Below are positions 1 through 13,339 of a stretch of DNA of 64,000 bases, piece after piece (within the stretch, counting starts at the first letter, position 1; the number at the start of each line of letters is the position of its first letter). This DNA is from Leucoraja ocellata. Its lineage: Eukaryota. A program made the translations under genes and the position numbers. The notes beneath the pieces are model-generated. The model was not told the origin of the DNA. It searched no databases and saw nothing but the letters and a program-made list of their open reading frames with translations. Location: positions 5,766,001 through 5,830,000 of the forward strand of contig JAWMAR010000024.1 of the NCBI GenBank assembly GCA_036785375.1, given 5' to 3'.

Positions 1-111
1 AAACGGGGACATAGTGTCACTTAGAGATTTAAGACTGAAAATGGATAGTTTCTTGTTTTTAGTAATGAAAGTTATCAACGTATATTTTTTTGTGTGTTGG
101 AAAACAAAATA

Positions 112-340
112 TAGTGGCACAGCTGGTAGACTTGCTGCCACACACACCAGAGATCTGTGTTCGATCCTGTCCTCGGGCACTGTCAGTGTTGTATTTGCAC
201 ATTCTCCCTGCAAGCGTATAGGTTTCCTCCCACATCCCAAAGACGCATTGGATTTGTAGGTTACCTTGTCTCTGTAAAATTGCCCCTAATGTGTAGGGAG
301 TGGGTGAGCAAAGTGGGATAACAGAACTTGTGGTAAATGG
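112..340 (+). mobile_element. HE1-type tRNA-derived V-SINE
   Basis: A-box-like tggcacagctggt, B-box gttcgatcc, V-domain-like tttgcacattctccc...ggtttcctcccacatcccaaagac. Confidence 0.75.
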
Positions 341-780
341 GTAGACAAAAATGCTGGAGAAACTCAGCGGGTGAGGTAACATCTATGGAGCGAAGGAAAT
401 AGGCGATGTTTCGGTTCGAGACCCTTCTTCACACTGATGTGATGGGGGGGGGGGGGATGGAAGGAGAAAGGAAGAAGCGGAGACAGTGGGCTGAGGGAGA
501 GCTGGGAAGGGGAGGAGAAAGCAGGGACTGTCTGAAATTGGAGAAGTCATTGTTCATACTGTTGGGGTGTAAACTGCCCATGCAAAATATGAAGTGTTGC
601 TCCTCTAATTTACGATGGGCCTAACTGGCCACGGAGGAGGCCCAGGACAGAAAGGTCGGATTTGGAATGGGAGGGGGAGTTGAAGTGCTGAGCCACCGGG
701 AGATCAGGTTGGTTATTGCGAACTGAGTGGAGGTGTTGTGCGAAGCGATCACCAAGCCTGCGCTTGGTCTCACCGAGGTT
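341..780 (-). mobile_element. Penelope-like element 3' fragment (GIY-YIG C-terminal part plus pseudo-LTR)
   Basis: ORF 610..846 contains LGETKRRLGDRFAQHL...VAQHFN. Near-identical to 35250-35710. Confidence 0.85.
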
Positions 781-1149
781 GATCATACGCTGAATAATCC
801 AACGACATTTTTGTTTGGAAGTGGAAAGAAATAATAGAAATTGCATTCAGTGCAACGTGTAAAAAGAGTTGAGATACTGTATTATAATTTTGCTGCATGT
901 CATTGTGGTATATATCATGTCTTGAATGGTGAATATGTTTAGTTTGTGACTTTATTTGAAGCGGAAATAATATGTGAAGGCTTCTTTGAGCATAATTCCT
1001 ATTGGTAACTACGCACTTCGTCCGAGTACATTATTGCACGCGTCATGCAAGCCGTCTTAAATGACCACCTAAACTGTAATTTGGCAACCTAAAAAGCTGC
1101 CAAGATTGTCCGGCTGACAACAGAGAAAATAAGTTAAGTGAGAGCCCTG
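781..1149. mobile_element. Probable hAT DNA transposon end
   Basis: Ends in gtgagagccctg (reverse complement CAGGGCTCTC, a hAT-like terminus). The other end was not found. Confidence 0.45.
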
Positions 1150-2439
1150 TAATACCTTCTAATTCAGTCACAAAAACGCTATATGGAACTGGCTGAAGCA
1201 TAATTGAAGTAATTTGAAATCATTTAAGGTACATTTTGTGCTTGATAGGTCATTTTGCAGAAAATCTGCATTCATGCACTATGCATTCATACACCTAGGT
1301 CTCACAGTAACTGTATATTACTCAATCTGATCTTACTCTGGGAGACTTTGGAAGCTGGCTCGTGTGCATTGCTGTCTTGCAATCCAACCTAAACTTATGT
1401 CAAAAATTTAGCTCCTTTTTTTCCTTACTAATAAATTACTAATTATATTTCCTTGATGGTATGTCATTGATAACTAGTCAGTGATTGTTGCAGTAAAACA
1501 CAAAGTGCTGGAAAAACTCAGCAGGTCCGACAGCACCTCTGGAGGGAATGGCGGCATCTCTGGAGGGAATGCACAGGCAACGTTTTGGGTAGGGACCCTT
1601 GCTTAGTGTTCTTCTGTGATTCTTACAACTCAAATAAGAATGGGTTCAGCCTGCATATACATTGTAATCACAAGCAATTTGTCTTGTTGTAGAAGCATAA
1701 TCATGGAAACTTACAACAGTGCTAAATCTACATTTGATCATAGATATTCATTCATGTTTCTGGAGATGTTTATTTTTCTATATTGATTCCCTAGCAATTA
1801 AATTAAATCCTTTCTATTAGTGTAACATCATATTTAAAGAAAATGCATTATTTGCTTTGAGCGTGAAAGCTCAGACATCAAAATAAGCAATGGTGGATCT
1901 GTCTGCCATAGAAAGTAGACACATAAACCTGGTACTTGGGCCAATGCAATGGCAACCTGACTGATTCAATTGGACGTTGATGACTGGCAGATGCCTGTGC
2001 AGGCCTCCTAACAGGGTGATGAGCAATGAAATTGGAGTCAGCAGTCAGCCTCTGTGCTGCCAGCAATGCTCTGCATGAACTTAATGCACCCTTCAAGGTT
2101 ACAGAACAATGCTACAATGCTAACTCAACATTTGATTTTCCTAGCTCGTTGCAGTGGCTTATGCAGTGACTATTACAATCAATACAATTAAATTTTGGTT
2201 GCATTTTCAAATATGTTACTTTTATATCTTTGCAAACATTTCTCTACCCCACCCCTTCTTTTGAGGTGCTTGTGACATATCAAATCTTCGCAAATAAGAT
2301 GCAAATAAGGAAGCAGCGAAGTTATATTCCAATTCCAATCTAAATTCTGAATGTATTTAAATGATCTTCTAGAAATCACTTGACAAAGCTCTTTAACATG
2401 GCTGTAAATTAAAGAGCTAATTTAATCGATGGGAATTTC

Positions 2440-4760
2440 CTGATTAGGAAATTGACTGAGTGACAGGAGACAGAGTGTGAATACGGGGCAGGTAGTGAAA
2501 TTAGCAGATGAATAGTGGTGACCTACAATTATTTGTGTTGGAGCCTCGCTATTCACTGTATCATACAAGATTCTACATTGGAACCATGCTATTCACTGTA
2601 TTTATTAATCATTTGGATGATGGGATAAAAATCCATGCATTCAGTGTTAAAATTGGCAGCTAATTAAGTACTGTAGATGATAGAAATCAGATGATAGTAA
2701 TAGGATAATGAATTGGAAATTGTAGCAAGTGTATTCAGTGCAGGTAAACTTGTGTAATCAACTTGATGGTCAGCAGGAATAGAACAAAATTATCACAGAA
2801 TCATCGAAAAGTTACAACACCAAAGGTGGCTATTCGGTCCTTAGAGATGGAGCTACCCAACCTAATTCCACTCCTGCAGGCTACATCACTTCAAGTACTC
2901 AAGCAAAGAGTTGTTTAAATGTGATGAGCGTTTCTGCCTCTGCCACTGCCAGACAGTGAGTTTCAGAACTCTTCTACTCTCTGCGTGAAAAGGAAATCTC
3001 CAAACCCCTCCCCCGTATAATTCTAGCAATTACTTTAAATCTGTCTCCTGCTTTTGACCCCTCTGCTAAGTGAAATTGGTCCTTCCTATTTACTCCAGGT
3101 CCTCATAATTGTACACACATCAAGTCTCTCAGGCTATAGACATCAAGTCTCTCTATTCTAATGAAAACAAATTTAACTAATCCTCCAATTTTTCCTCTTG
3201 GTTACAATTAACTAGTATCCTCTGCATCCATGTCAATATGATCACATATTTTCTGTAATATAGTGAGAAATCATAGAAACATAAAAAACATAGAAAATAG
3301 GTGCAGGAGTAGGCTATTCGGCCCTTCGAGCCTGCACCGCCATTCAATATGATCATGGCTGATCATATGCAGTACTCAAATTCTGCATACTTCCTAAATT
3401 ATAAAATGCCCCAAACAGTAGAAATCCAAAGAGAGATCTGGCTTTTTGCTATGTAGATCATTAAAGTGCATTATACAGGTAGCCAAAATAATAAAACAAG
3501 GTAATTTTAATGAAAAGCATGATCTTGGTATCTAGAAACCTACAGCACACAGGAATAAAGGTTACTATCGCTGAACTAAATGTATGGTAATGGCACAGCT
3601 GGAATACTGTATTTGGTTCTGAAATCCATGCCTTAAGAGGGTCTATTATCCTGGGAGAAAATAGAGGATCAGTTTATTAGAACGGTGCTCGGATTGCAAG
3701 GGTGAAAATATATATGTGTAAATTCAGAACTCTAGAGAATGATCTTAAAAAAAAAATTAGAGCCAAGCCATTCAATAGACAACTTAGAAAATTCTTCAAT
3801 ATGCAATAACTATAGTTAAAATCTGGAACCTCTTCTATAATGGGCAGTTGATATCAGGTCATAGTATTATAAGGTTGTATTGCACAGAAAACGGTTCTTT
3901 AGCCCACCACATCCATTCTAACCTTTCAGCCCATCTACACAAATCCTATTGACCCACATTAGGTCCATATCCTTCAGTACTGTATCTATTTAAATGCCTA
4001 TTTAAATTTATCTTGAACATAATGAATATGACTTCACCACCAACTCTGGCAGTGAGTTCCAGATATCACCCACACTCTGTGTAAATAAAAACTTTCTACA
4101 AATCTTCTTTAAAACTCCTTTCTCTCACTTTAAATCAATGTGTTCTTGTTTTTCATATCGCTGCTCTGGGATAAAGATTCTGACTATCTACCCTATCTAT
4201 GCCTCTTAGAATTTTATATACCTCTATCAGGTTACCTCTCAGCTACCACTCCAAGGAACAAAACCCACCCTCGCACTTGTTGGATTAAATTTATCTCCCA
4301 ACATTCCACCCAGCTTTCTATCTTTTCTATATTCTGATACATTGGTCTAGCTTTCCCTGGAATAAAGAAGGCCGAGGGGGGGTGATCTGATAAAGACATA
4401 TAAAATTATAGAAGGTATAGAGAGAGTAAAAAGCCAGAACTAGGGCAGGGGAATCAAGAACTGGGTGCGGGACATGTTTAAGGTGAGAAGAAAGACATGT
4501 AAAGGAAGATCTAAAGGGTACATTTTTCACACTAAAGTTGGTGAATATCAGGAACAAGCTTTCAGAGGTGGAGGTGGAAACGAATACAATCCTTCTGTTT
4601 CAGAAACATTTAATCAGACACTTAAATAGGCAAGGATTCCGGCCAAAAGAAAGATATAGCTAATACAGGTACTTGGGATTAGTGTAGAAGGGTAGAAAGA
4701 TTGGCATGAACATGGTGGTCTGAAGGGCTAGTTTCTGTTGTACAACTCTCTGACTCTGAC
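2440..4760. mobile_element. Cluster of decayed CR1/HER1 LINE fragments in alternating orientation
   Basis: Degenerate ORF2 C-terminal motifs (GDLI..YKI, FFTxRVV) and 3' UTR tails on both strands. Confidence 0.7.
3272..3366 (-). mobile_element. Young HER1/CR1 3' end (5'-truncated)
   Basis: ATAGAAAC tail plus aggtgcaggagtaggc.attcggcccttcgagcctgcaccgcc, near-identical to 11597-11690. Confidence 0.85.
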
Positions 4761-7525
4761 TTTTTCTGTCTGACAATGGCATTGCAGCAATGGAAATGCT
4801 GGCTGACATGGCAAGTGGGTCTTTCCCACCCCCTGTGTGTCTCCAGGCAACAAAGGCTGGCAATATGATGACCAAGTAACCATGCCACTCCTCAGCTGGA
4901 TAATTGGATTTAGAGTAAATTGTTATGAGGTCTATGTCTCTGCAAGAGCTGCCAGACTTGAACTGTAACTCATTCAAGATTCACTCCTGATACTACTTCA
5001 AATGCTGCTTTTGTTCCTGCACCATTTAACATAATTATGTTCTAAAATGGAACACCACTTTTTCATAAAGAATATTCTAGGTATAATTCATTGTGAAAGT
5101 TATAAATCTAGACTTTACAGATTGTTTTAATTTATTGTTTAAAAAAAAAGTGTTTTCCCCTGCTATTCAATGCCATGCAGTTTTACTGTTAGTTGTTTGA
5201 CCCTACATCATTCTTAAGGTACCTGTGTAGTTATCTGTTTGCAGACATATGAAAACACATACACTGCACAATGCTGCAGTGTTAACGGCATTGTGCAGTG
5301 TGACATTTCTACAGTGCAGATTAAACCAAGAAGGCAAGGTAAATCTGAAAGTTAAATGGGATTTAACTAAACCACACAAGTGCATTGTGTCAGTTAGAAA
5401 GTCAAGAATACTAACACATGGTAATGGATTCAAAGTTTTTTTTTGTCTGGGGGTAGTAGATGGTATATACAAGCAATGCCTGCCCATGTGAATCCTCACA
5501 AATAGTTGTTGTGTTGGAAGAAAAAAGACTATTTGACATGCATGTAATACTTTGGCAACAAGCCGCTGCAAGTCTAAAACCCTGCCAACTGTCATTATCC
5601 TTCTGGTAAATTCAGTTCTTATAAACTGTGTGATAGCATAGGACTGCATAGTTCCCATTGAACCAAAGCTTGTCTGAGTAGCAGCATTTTCCACTCTTGA
5701 ATGGGACTGTTGGCCTCATGGGGATTTGTGTCTTAGAATGTGGTAAGTGATTAGATTGTCCCACATTTTAAAATGATCCACTGTTCTGCTGCTGCTGAAA
5801 GACATTTTCTACTCTTCCCAGCCAGCTTTGTCAAAGCAGTGGATTATCTCTGTGGTTTTCTTTGTGATATGTATTTTAACCTAATGTCAATTTACTCAAG
5901 ACCTGCAATATATAAGAAAACACTGTCCCTCTTTATGTTTCTATAATTTAAAAATCACATTGTTAGAATTAAAAAAAAAGTTATTACTTTTTGCCCCAAT
6001 TGCCTCTGCATCGTTGGGATAAACAAGAATTAATTAATCAGTTTTCTTTAACTGAAGCATATATAAAATAACAGTGTCAGCACTGTTAAGGGAATCTGAA
6101 CTAACACTGCAAAATCTTGTAAAATTAGTTCACGGGGATCCTTTGAATCACTGAGACAAGGATAGTTTTTTAATTCTATTTTAAATGTGGTTCCAAATGA
6201 CTTGGCAATACTAGTGAAATAACACTAAATCTTCTTATGCCTTATACTTTTGCTTTATTTTGTTTTTAAATGGACTGATGCATCTGTCAGAATCCCAAAT
6301 GAGTGAATGATGTTCCCGTGAACCATAAAGTACCAGTTATAAAATACAGATGAGCTATTTGTTTCACCAACTCACATCCAAGTGTCACATAGTCAATCCT
6401 CAGCTTACACTTTATCCATATTCTTCATTGTTACTTTTCAAGTAGCCATGTAATTAACCTTTGGATTTACATACTCTGATTGGCAAATGCAGACATAGCG
6501 AATATCACAATCTATCACATGTGCAATAATTTTGTTTTAACTTTGCATATTGCTTTTGAATATCTTAAATATATGATCTCTCACTAATTAATGTTTATTG
6601 TTTGTTACTATTTTCTCTCAGTGAGTGTTCTTAAACTTTTTTAGTTCATCCCTTAAACTTTTTCAGTTCATCCCTTAAACTCTGCTAATGGTAATTTCTC
6701 AGCTGAAGTGAAGTCCTATATGCCATTGACCCAAATAAATAAGTCTGAGATAATTCTAAACAATCTAACAATGTTTTCTAGTTAAAATCCATTGGCATAG
6801 TGATTTATCAGTGCCTGCAGAAACACAGCTGATGGACCTATCTGCGGCTCGAGAGCCATTGCATTTAGCATTATAGGATGCAACTTACAAACTGGGAGGT
6901 TGGGACCTAATCTTGATCCATGTGGTTGTGGAGGGGAGAAATTCTGGTAGTTGGGGGTCAGGTTATTGAATCAAGGTGAGAGGATGCCACATCAGAGAAC
7001 AGAACTTGGGAAGGATTCACATTAGTGGTCCAGAACTGAGAGAAATGTACAATGGTTTGCTATTCAGTACAATTAGGGGTATGTTGGGAGCTTAAGATGA
7101 ACAGGAAAATAAAGAAATAACATATAGTCAAAAGAATATAGTCCCTAAAGCTGGTCTGGGATCTGTTCACTGAACCCCCCTTTAAAATCATAATGCTATG
7201 AAATAATTTATGTCAAAAAGAATCTTGCACAGAAAATGATGTTATTGGATATGTGGTCTGCTTATGTCAAGTGAGTTTCATCATTGTAATTTATCTGGTG
7301 GATTTCTAGAGTGGTGTGTTATAGTCTTGAAAAAATTACAGTTATGGTCCACTGTGGATAAGAATAATTTACATGTGTATGGTATTGATAATTCTTGATG
7401 CTTCAAAGTATTGCAATGAACATTAATTTGTTTGAAATGATACATTGCTAACAAAGTCTGGAATGTTAGTTTGTAAAGTTTATGCTACTTGTGAGAAATT
7501 GTGCCACCAGTACACATTGGGAAAT

Positions 7526-7650
7526 TAGGGCCTCGACCTGAAACGTCACCTAATCTTTTCTCCAGAGATGCTGTCTGACCTGCTGAGTTGCTCTGGCTTT
7601 TTGTGTCAATCTTCGGTTCAAACCAGCATCAGCAGTTTGTTCCAACACAC
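7526..7650 (+). mobile_element. Penelope pseudo-LTR fragment
   Basis: agggcctcgacctgaaacgtcacc...tctccagagatgctg...aaaccagcatc family motif. Confidence 0.7.
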
Positions 7651-7764
7651 AATTCACTTCTGTACATATCTTCCATTCTGGGGATAAGGTAGAGAAAAAA
7701 AAATATTCTGTTTGTTTTGTAATTATGAAACCTAAAACACTTTACTGTCTCTCTTTGTATTTAG

Positions 7765-8007
7765 AAAATGTAGATCGCCATATAAAATGGGAAACCGTAT
7801 GCGTATGCAAAGTGGAAAACCATCTTTCCGATCTACAGTTGGATTTCATACTTGCCCACAGAGCAGACGAGCAAGATTTCAAAACTCATTTGAAAGCTGC
7901 AGCAAGATTTCAGCCTGTAAAAGCAATATTTCAACTCATAAAATGAAATGCAGACTTCGGCTCCCAAGGATCAAAAGATGCTTGAGTGCTCCCCCTGGAA
8001 CAATTAG
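7765..8007 (+). CDS. DCDC1: DCDC1 coding exon (N-terminal low-conservation region), phase 2 to phase 2
   Basis: Acceptor ctctttgtatttag and donor ag|gtaatt. Open frame KCRSPYKMGNR...IKRCLSAPPGTIR; SAPPGTIR resembles RPVSAPVGQLR as I recall it from human DCDC1. Phase joins in frame to the 11004 exon. Confidence 0.8.
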
Positions 8008-9139
8008 GTAATTACACCCAGGACTTGGGAAAATTTGAATTGTCTTATATGGCTGAGAAATATTACAAAATAGTTGATGTTTTACATTTAAATGAAATTA
8101 CTATAGCATTATGTGCCAAGCGGATAATCAATTTCCACATTAAGAAAGATTCCACAAACAGCAATGTGATGAATGATCATTGAAACATTTTTGGTAGTGC
8201 TGGCTGAATGAATTTAAATGCTGTTGCCCGAGTAAATAATTATCTGTAAAACATTTGTTATACTTATCCAATCTATTTTTCAGCCAAAATCATATTATTG
8301 CAGACTGACTTATTTTCTGGTCTGCTAACCTGGAAGGATCAAGACTTGTGATTGGGGCAGTGGGGAGAGCTTTAAATGAAAGGTTTTCACTGTACCTCGA
8401 TACACGTGACAATAAATTAAACTCAAACTCAAATGATCGGGAACTGTAGGATTGAGGGAGAGGGGAAACTCCGTATTTCAACAACATTTCTGATGATAGC
8501 TGGATATTGCTTTCAGTGGTTTGCTCAAATAACTGGGTTTTTTAAGGCATGCCCGGCTGACAGTAGGATGGAAATATTTCAAGAGAGTGGATTATGCACA
8601 ATGATAGGAGGTTGTACAGAAATTGCTTTGCCCATTCATTTCAAATGAGCAAGGTATTTAGGCAAGTATGTATTTTCCTTAAACTGTATGTTTTAAAATA
8701 TTTTAAGTAATTATAAGTGATACATTTATTACATTTTTATTATAACTTTGAATAGTTTTAATAGTTGTTAATTGGTTTAATTTATTTTTATGAATGTTTT
8801 TCAATGTCAGAAGCATTCACTTTGAAGTTTCCATCTAAGTCAGGAGATATGGCTTAAAAGCAGAACATGCTGGAAACACTCAGCAGGTCAAGAGGTGCAG
8901 CTTAAATGGTTGTCATTATGTTTAAAGATTGGCGTTATTGTGGTTGCCTCATGTGATCCTGTTACATCATTGCATCAGGCCAGCTTCCCCCCAGCTAATT
9001 CCTGCTGGGAGGATCACCCGAGTAAATAATGGATTTATTTTAGAAATTTGGTCATTTCTGCTGCTGTATTGTGGTCTTTATCGCAATGCTGTTTGTGGGG
9101 ATTTTACCGTTAATAAAAATTACATCTATGCCCTCTCGA

Positions 9140-9830
9140 AGAAAACGATTCCACCATCTATCCATTTTACACCTCGTATTATTTTATATACCTCTTTCAG
9201 GTTACCACTATCCCCCTCTGCAGTAAAAAACACCCTCCTCTCTCTCTCTCTCTCTCCCTATAACTAACATTCTCCAAACTAGGCAACATTCTGGTGAATT
9301 TCATCTGCAGTCACTCCAGCACCAATCATATTCATCCAATATTGAGGCACTCAGAATTGCATACATTACTCGGAACAAGTGCGGTCTAATAAGTCTTTTG
9401 TAAAGTTGCAACATAATCACCCAACTTTTATTTCTATGCCCCGACCTATGAAGGCAAGTTTGCCATGTATCTTTGTCACATCGACCTGGTTTCCTACTAT
9501 CAAGTAACAATGGATTTGAACTCAAAGAATCCTCAGCTCATCAGCATTTCTTCATCCTCTATTATTTATTGTACCTGTCTTATTCCTTTTTGATTTCTCG
9601 AACCACATCCGACACTCTTGTCAGAATTAACTTGCAACAGTCAATGCTTCACCCAACTTTGCTCATTATCCACAACACTATCAATTTTCAAAACACCCAC
9701 AAACTTATTGATCAAACCTCCCACATTCACATCTAATTGTTAATATATATCACAAACCACAAAGGTCGCAGCACCAAGCCTGTGGTACACCACTGGTCAC
9801 AGATTTACAATTAGAAAAGTACTTCTGAGC
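9140..9830 (-). mobile_element. Decayed CR1 LINE ORF2 fragment
   Basis: ORF 9301..9525 contains MLQLYKRLIRPHL and 9750..9950 contains SVTSGVPQ. Confidence 0.75.
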
Positions 9831-11003
9831 ATGCACAGCCAACCACACGACTTGAAAGTCAGATGATGATACTTCTGGCTGTTCCCTCTTCTCTTGATTG
9901 TAGCGGCAGGATAGTGACTCAGTGAGGAGAGGGTTGGGCACACACTGCATTTGCTTCTCACTGTTATGTCAGGGAAAACAAGTCTAGGTACAGCTGTCCC
10001 TCTGAACACACGTAGTGGAGATACCTGTTTTATGATATTTTACTTGCTACTTTAATTAATTGTTGGTATTTTAATGCATTTTTATCACATTTATTGCTTC
10101 CTTTTTTAATTAATCGTCATAGTCATACAGCGTGGAAATAGGCCGTTCAGCCTAACTTGCCCAGACTGACCAGCATGCCCCATCTACACTAGTCCCATCA
10201 GCCTGCATTTGGCCCATATCCCTCTAAACTTGTCCTATCCATGTACCTGCCTAATATATATTTTTAAATTAGTTAAGTAGTTTTAATAATCATAGATGTT
10301 TATAAATGTTGACAGCCAGCGAGATGTCAAAAGCCTTCCTAGATCATAGATATTGAGGAATGTTGCTTCAAGATCCACAGCCTGAAATGTACTCACTGCC
10401 TGTAACCTGTTCCCAATTGAGGAATGCTTATTGGATTTGGTGGATCAGCTTGTTCAGTCCTGCGAATGACGAAGAAGTAACCATGGGTAAGACGGTGATG
10501 CCAGGCGGCAGCAAGCCTGGGCAGGACCAAGAATCTAGCCTGGTTATTTAAAGCTGTTATCATTGGTTCTATTGGAAAATGGAAACAAAAAAATCAGTTT
10601 GGCTCTGAAGGTACACACTGAAGGCAATGTTCTTTGTGACAGATACTAAATAATCTTTATGCTTGATACTGAGCTGATGTCTGTACAAACATGTTAACAA
10701 TTGCCCTCAGATTTTATCTCAATGGTTGATAAATGGCTTTCTGAAATTGGCAGGCTAGATTAGTGATGATGGGACCAAACATGAGCATTGCTGGTCACGG
10801 CCTCAATGACTGGTAAAATAGCTTGACTGGTAAAATACCTATTAGCATACCCCCGATTTTATGTTCTTAATCACCGACATAATCTACTCAATTTTTTTCT
10901 GTTCACAGTCATGCATTTGCTTAACATTTTAAATACATCACTATTATTTTAGCTTGCTTATTGTTACTTGATTCACGCACTGAATTCATTTCATTTTACA
11001 CAG

Positions 11004-11163
11004 GAAGGTACATTCTTCATTTTCTTCAAGGATGCTGACAGCTCATAGAGATGGCAAACAAAAGCCACTCTTTAAACGTCAGGAGTGGATCATAAAAGTG
11101 ACAGCCTTCAAGAATGGGACACATAATAACCCTACAAAAATTGCAGTTCCTAGCATCAAAATG
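11004..11163 (+). CDS. DCDC1: DCDC1 exon, start of first doublecortin-like domain
   Basis: Acceptor tttcattttacacag and donor atg|gtaatg. Encodes KVHSSFSSRMLTAHRDGKQKPLFKRQEWIIKVTAFKNGTHNNPTKIAVPSIKM, including the DCX-type IKVTAxKNG motif. Confidence 0.92.
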
Positions 11164-11596
11164 GTAATGGCTTATATGAAGAAATTCTTTTTAGCACTAG
11201 GTACAATAACAGTTCTAAGATAGATATGCCAGCTATTGCTCATGAATAATTTAATTTTTCGATCTTGTATTTCTCTGCAATCTATTATTTTTAGGCTGAT
11301 AATCTTCGTGAAGGCTGAACATTCCTGGGGTATTATTCACGGAGGCATCCGCAACATGTTACATTGTAGAAATTGGAGCTTATAATAATTATTTTAGGAG
11401 CATAAAAGGACAGTGAAGCACAGTTTAGAAGCTCAATGTTCGGTGCTTTAAGAACCTGCAACATATATCTGACTCAAAATTAGGTCAAGCATGTCAATGG
11501 AGGCAAAAGATTTGTATGGACAGGGGGGGCGAAGAAATTTTTGGCAGGCTTGCCTTCATTGGCAAGGTTATAGAGTACAAAAGCTGGGACATCATG

Positions 11597-12345
11597 ATAG
11601 AAACATAGAAACATAGAAATTAGGTGCAGGAGTAGGCCATTCGGCCCTTCGAGCCTGCACCGCCATTCAATATGATCATGGCTGATCATCCAACTCAGTA
11701 TCCCGTACCTGCCTTCTCTCCATACCCTCTGATCCCCTTAGCCACAAGGGCCACATCTAACTCCCTCTTAAATATAGCCAATGAACTGGCCTCGACTACC
11801 CTCTGCGGCAGAGAGTTCCAGAGTTTCACCACTCTCTGTGTGAAAAAAGTTCTTCTCATCTCGGTTTTAAAGGATTTCCCCCTTATCCTTAAGCTGTGAC
11901 CCCTTGTCCTGGACTTCCCCAACATCGGGAGCAATCTTCCTGCATCTAGCCTGTCCAACCCCTTAAGAATTTTGTAAGTTTCTATAAGATCCCCTCTCAA
12001 TCTCCTAAATTCTAGAGAGTATAAACCAAGTCTATCCAGTCTTTCTTCATAAGACAGTCCTGACATCCCAGGAATCAGTCTGGTGAACCTTCTCTGCACT
12101 CCCTCTATGGCAATAATGTCCTTCCTCAGATTTGGAGACCAAAACTGTACGCAATACTCCAGGTGTGGTCTCACCAAGACCCTGTACAACTGCAGTAGAA
12201 CCTCCCTGCTCCTATACTCAAATCCTTTTGCTATGAAAGCTAACATACCATTCGCTTTCTTCACTGCCTGCTGCACCTGCATGCCTACTTTCAATGACTG
12301 GTGTACCATGACACCCAGGTCTCGTTGCATCTCCCCTTTTCCTAG
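11597..12345 (-). mobile_element. Young 5'-truncated HER1/CR1 LINE (intact 211-aa ORF2 C-terminus)
   Basis: Stop-free ORF 11695..12330 (RDLGV...LYRVLVRPHLEYCVQFWSP...RRLRGDLIETYKIL...FFTQRVVKLWNSLP), 3' stem-loop and (ATAGAAAC)n tail. Confidence 0.95.
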
Positions 12346-12354
12346 TCGGCCTAG

Positions 12355-12800
12355 CGCAGCTGTACAAGTCGTTGGTGTGACTACACTTGGAGTACTGGTT
12401 GTGCAGTTCTGGTTGCCCAGCTATAGAAAGGAGGAAAGTTGGAAAAGATTGGATTCACCAGGCTGTTAGCTAGACTTATTGAAGTATATGAAAATCACGA
12501 GAGGCATGAATAAAGTGATCAGATCACCCACAGATCACCCACAATCATTTTCCCAGGTTAGAAGACTAGGAGCACGGACTTAAGATGAGAGGGAAGAGGG
12601 GAGACCTTAGTTGAGACCTTAGGGGCAACCTATCACTCAGAAAGTAGTACCAGCTGCCAAACAAAGCTGTAAAAACGGATACAATTCCAACTTTGAAAAG
12701 CCATTTGGACATATATGGATAGGAATGTTTTAGACAGATATGGACCAAATGCAGGCAAATGATATTAGCCCAGAATGCCTGTATAGCTCAATGGCACTAT
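12355..12800 (+). mobile_element. Older CR1 fragment, continuing 11560-11596 and interrupted by the young LINE
   Basis: agagtacaaaagctgggacatcatg | cagctgtacaagtcgttggt reads EYKSWDIM..QLYKSLV. Confidence 0.7.
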
Positions 12801-13339
12801 GGTGAGGTGTAAGTCGCCATTTGGGGCTGATCAGGACTGGGAGGAAAGTAGATATATTGTCAATACAGGCAGCTCACGGATTAAGAAAGTATTCAATTCG
12901 TAGTAACTGTTCATACCTGAATTCTTTGAAAATTGGAAATAAACAGGGTCACAGAAACAGCTATGCCACGAGAGCAAGAAGACAAGGGAAGTGTGGCCAC
13001 TAGCTGGCCTTCCCGATTAAGTGAGTGAGTCTGGTTGGCACTCTCACACTCACTGGGCAGAAGATGTCTGCAACCCTGCAGCATCTGGCAAAACCATCCC
13101 CATGAAGACCTTTGAACAGCCAGCACAGTGGCTCAAATCACTGATACCCACTGAAAATATTACCTCCACCTCAATAGCATTCAGCTACATGGCAAGGCTC
13201 CAACCACACTGGCTAACTCCATATCACTTGATTCACCTCACAGTCACCAGTGAAGCTCGAGAAAGTTAGGGAACAAAAACTGGTTTAGAAATTTATTGGA
13301 AAATGTTCGTGAAGTCAAAAATGTGGAGGTCGACTTTTG

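Noticed and set aside
5203-5694. 163-aa minus-strand ORF
   Set aside because: No recognisable domain or splice support; treated as a chance ORF.
5678-5742. Possible upstream DCDC1 exon ending at a strong donor (tg|gtaagt), phase 2 compatible
   Set aside because: Weak acceptor, an in-frame stop just upstream and no recognisable similarity to DCDC1.
6630-6682. Short tandem duplication of about 22 bp (similar cases at 1531-1571 and 14590-14640)
   Set aside because: Ordinary slippage duplications.
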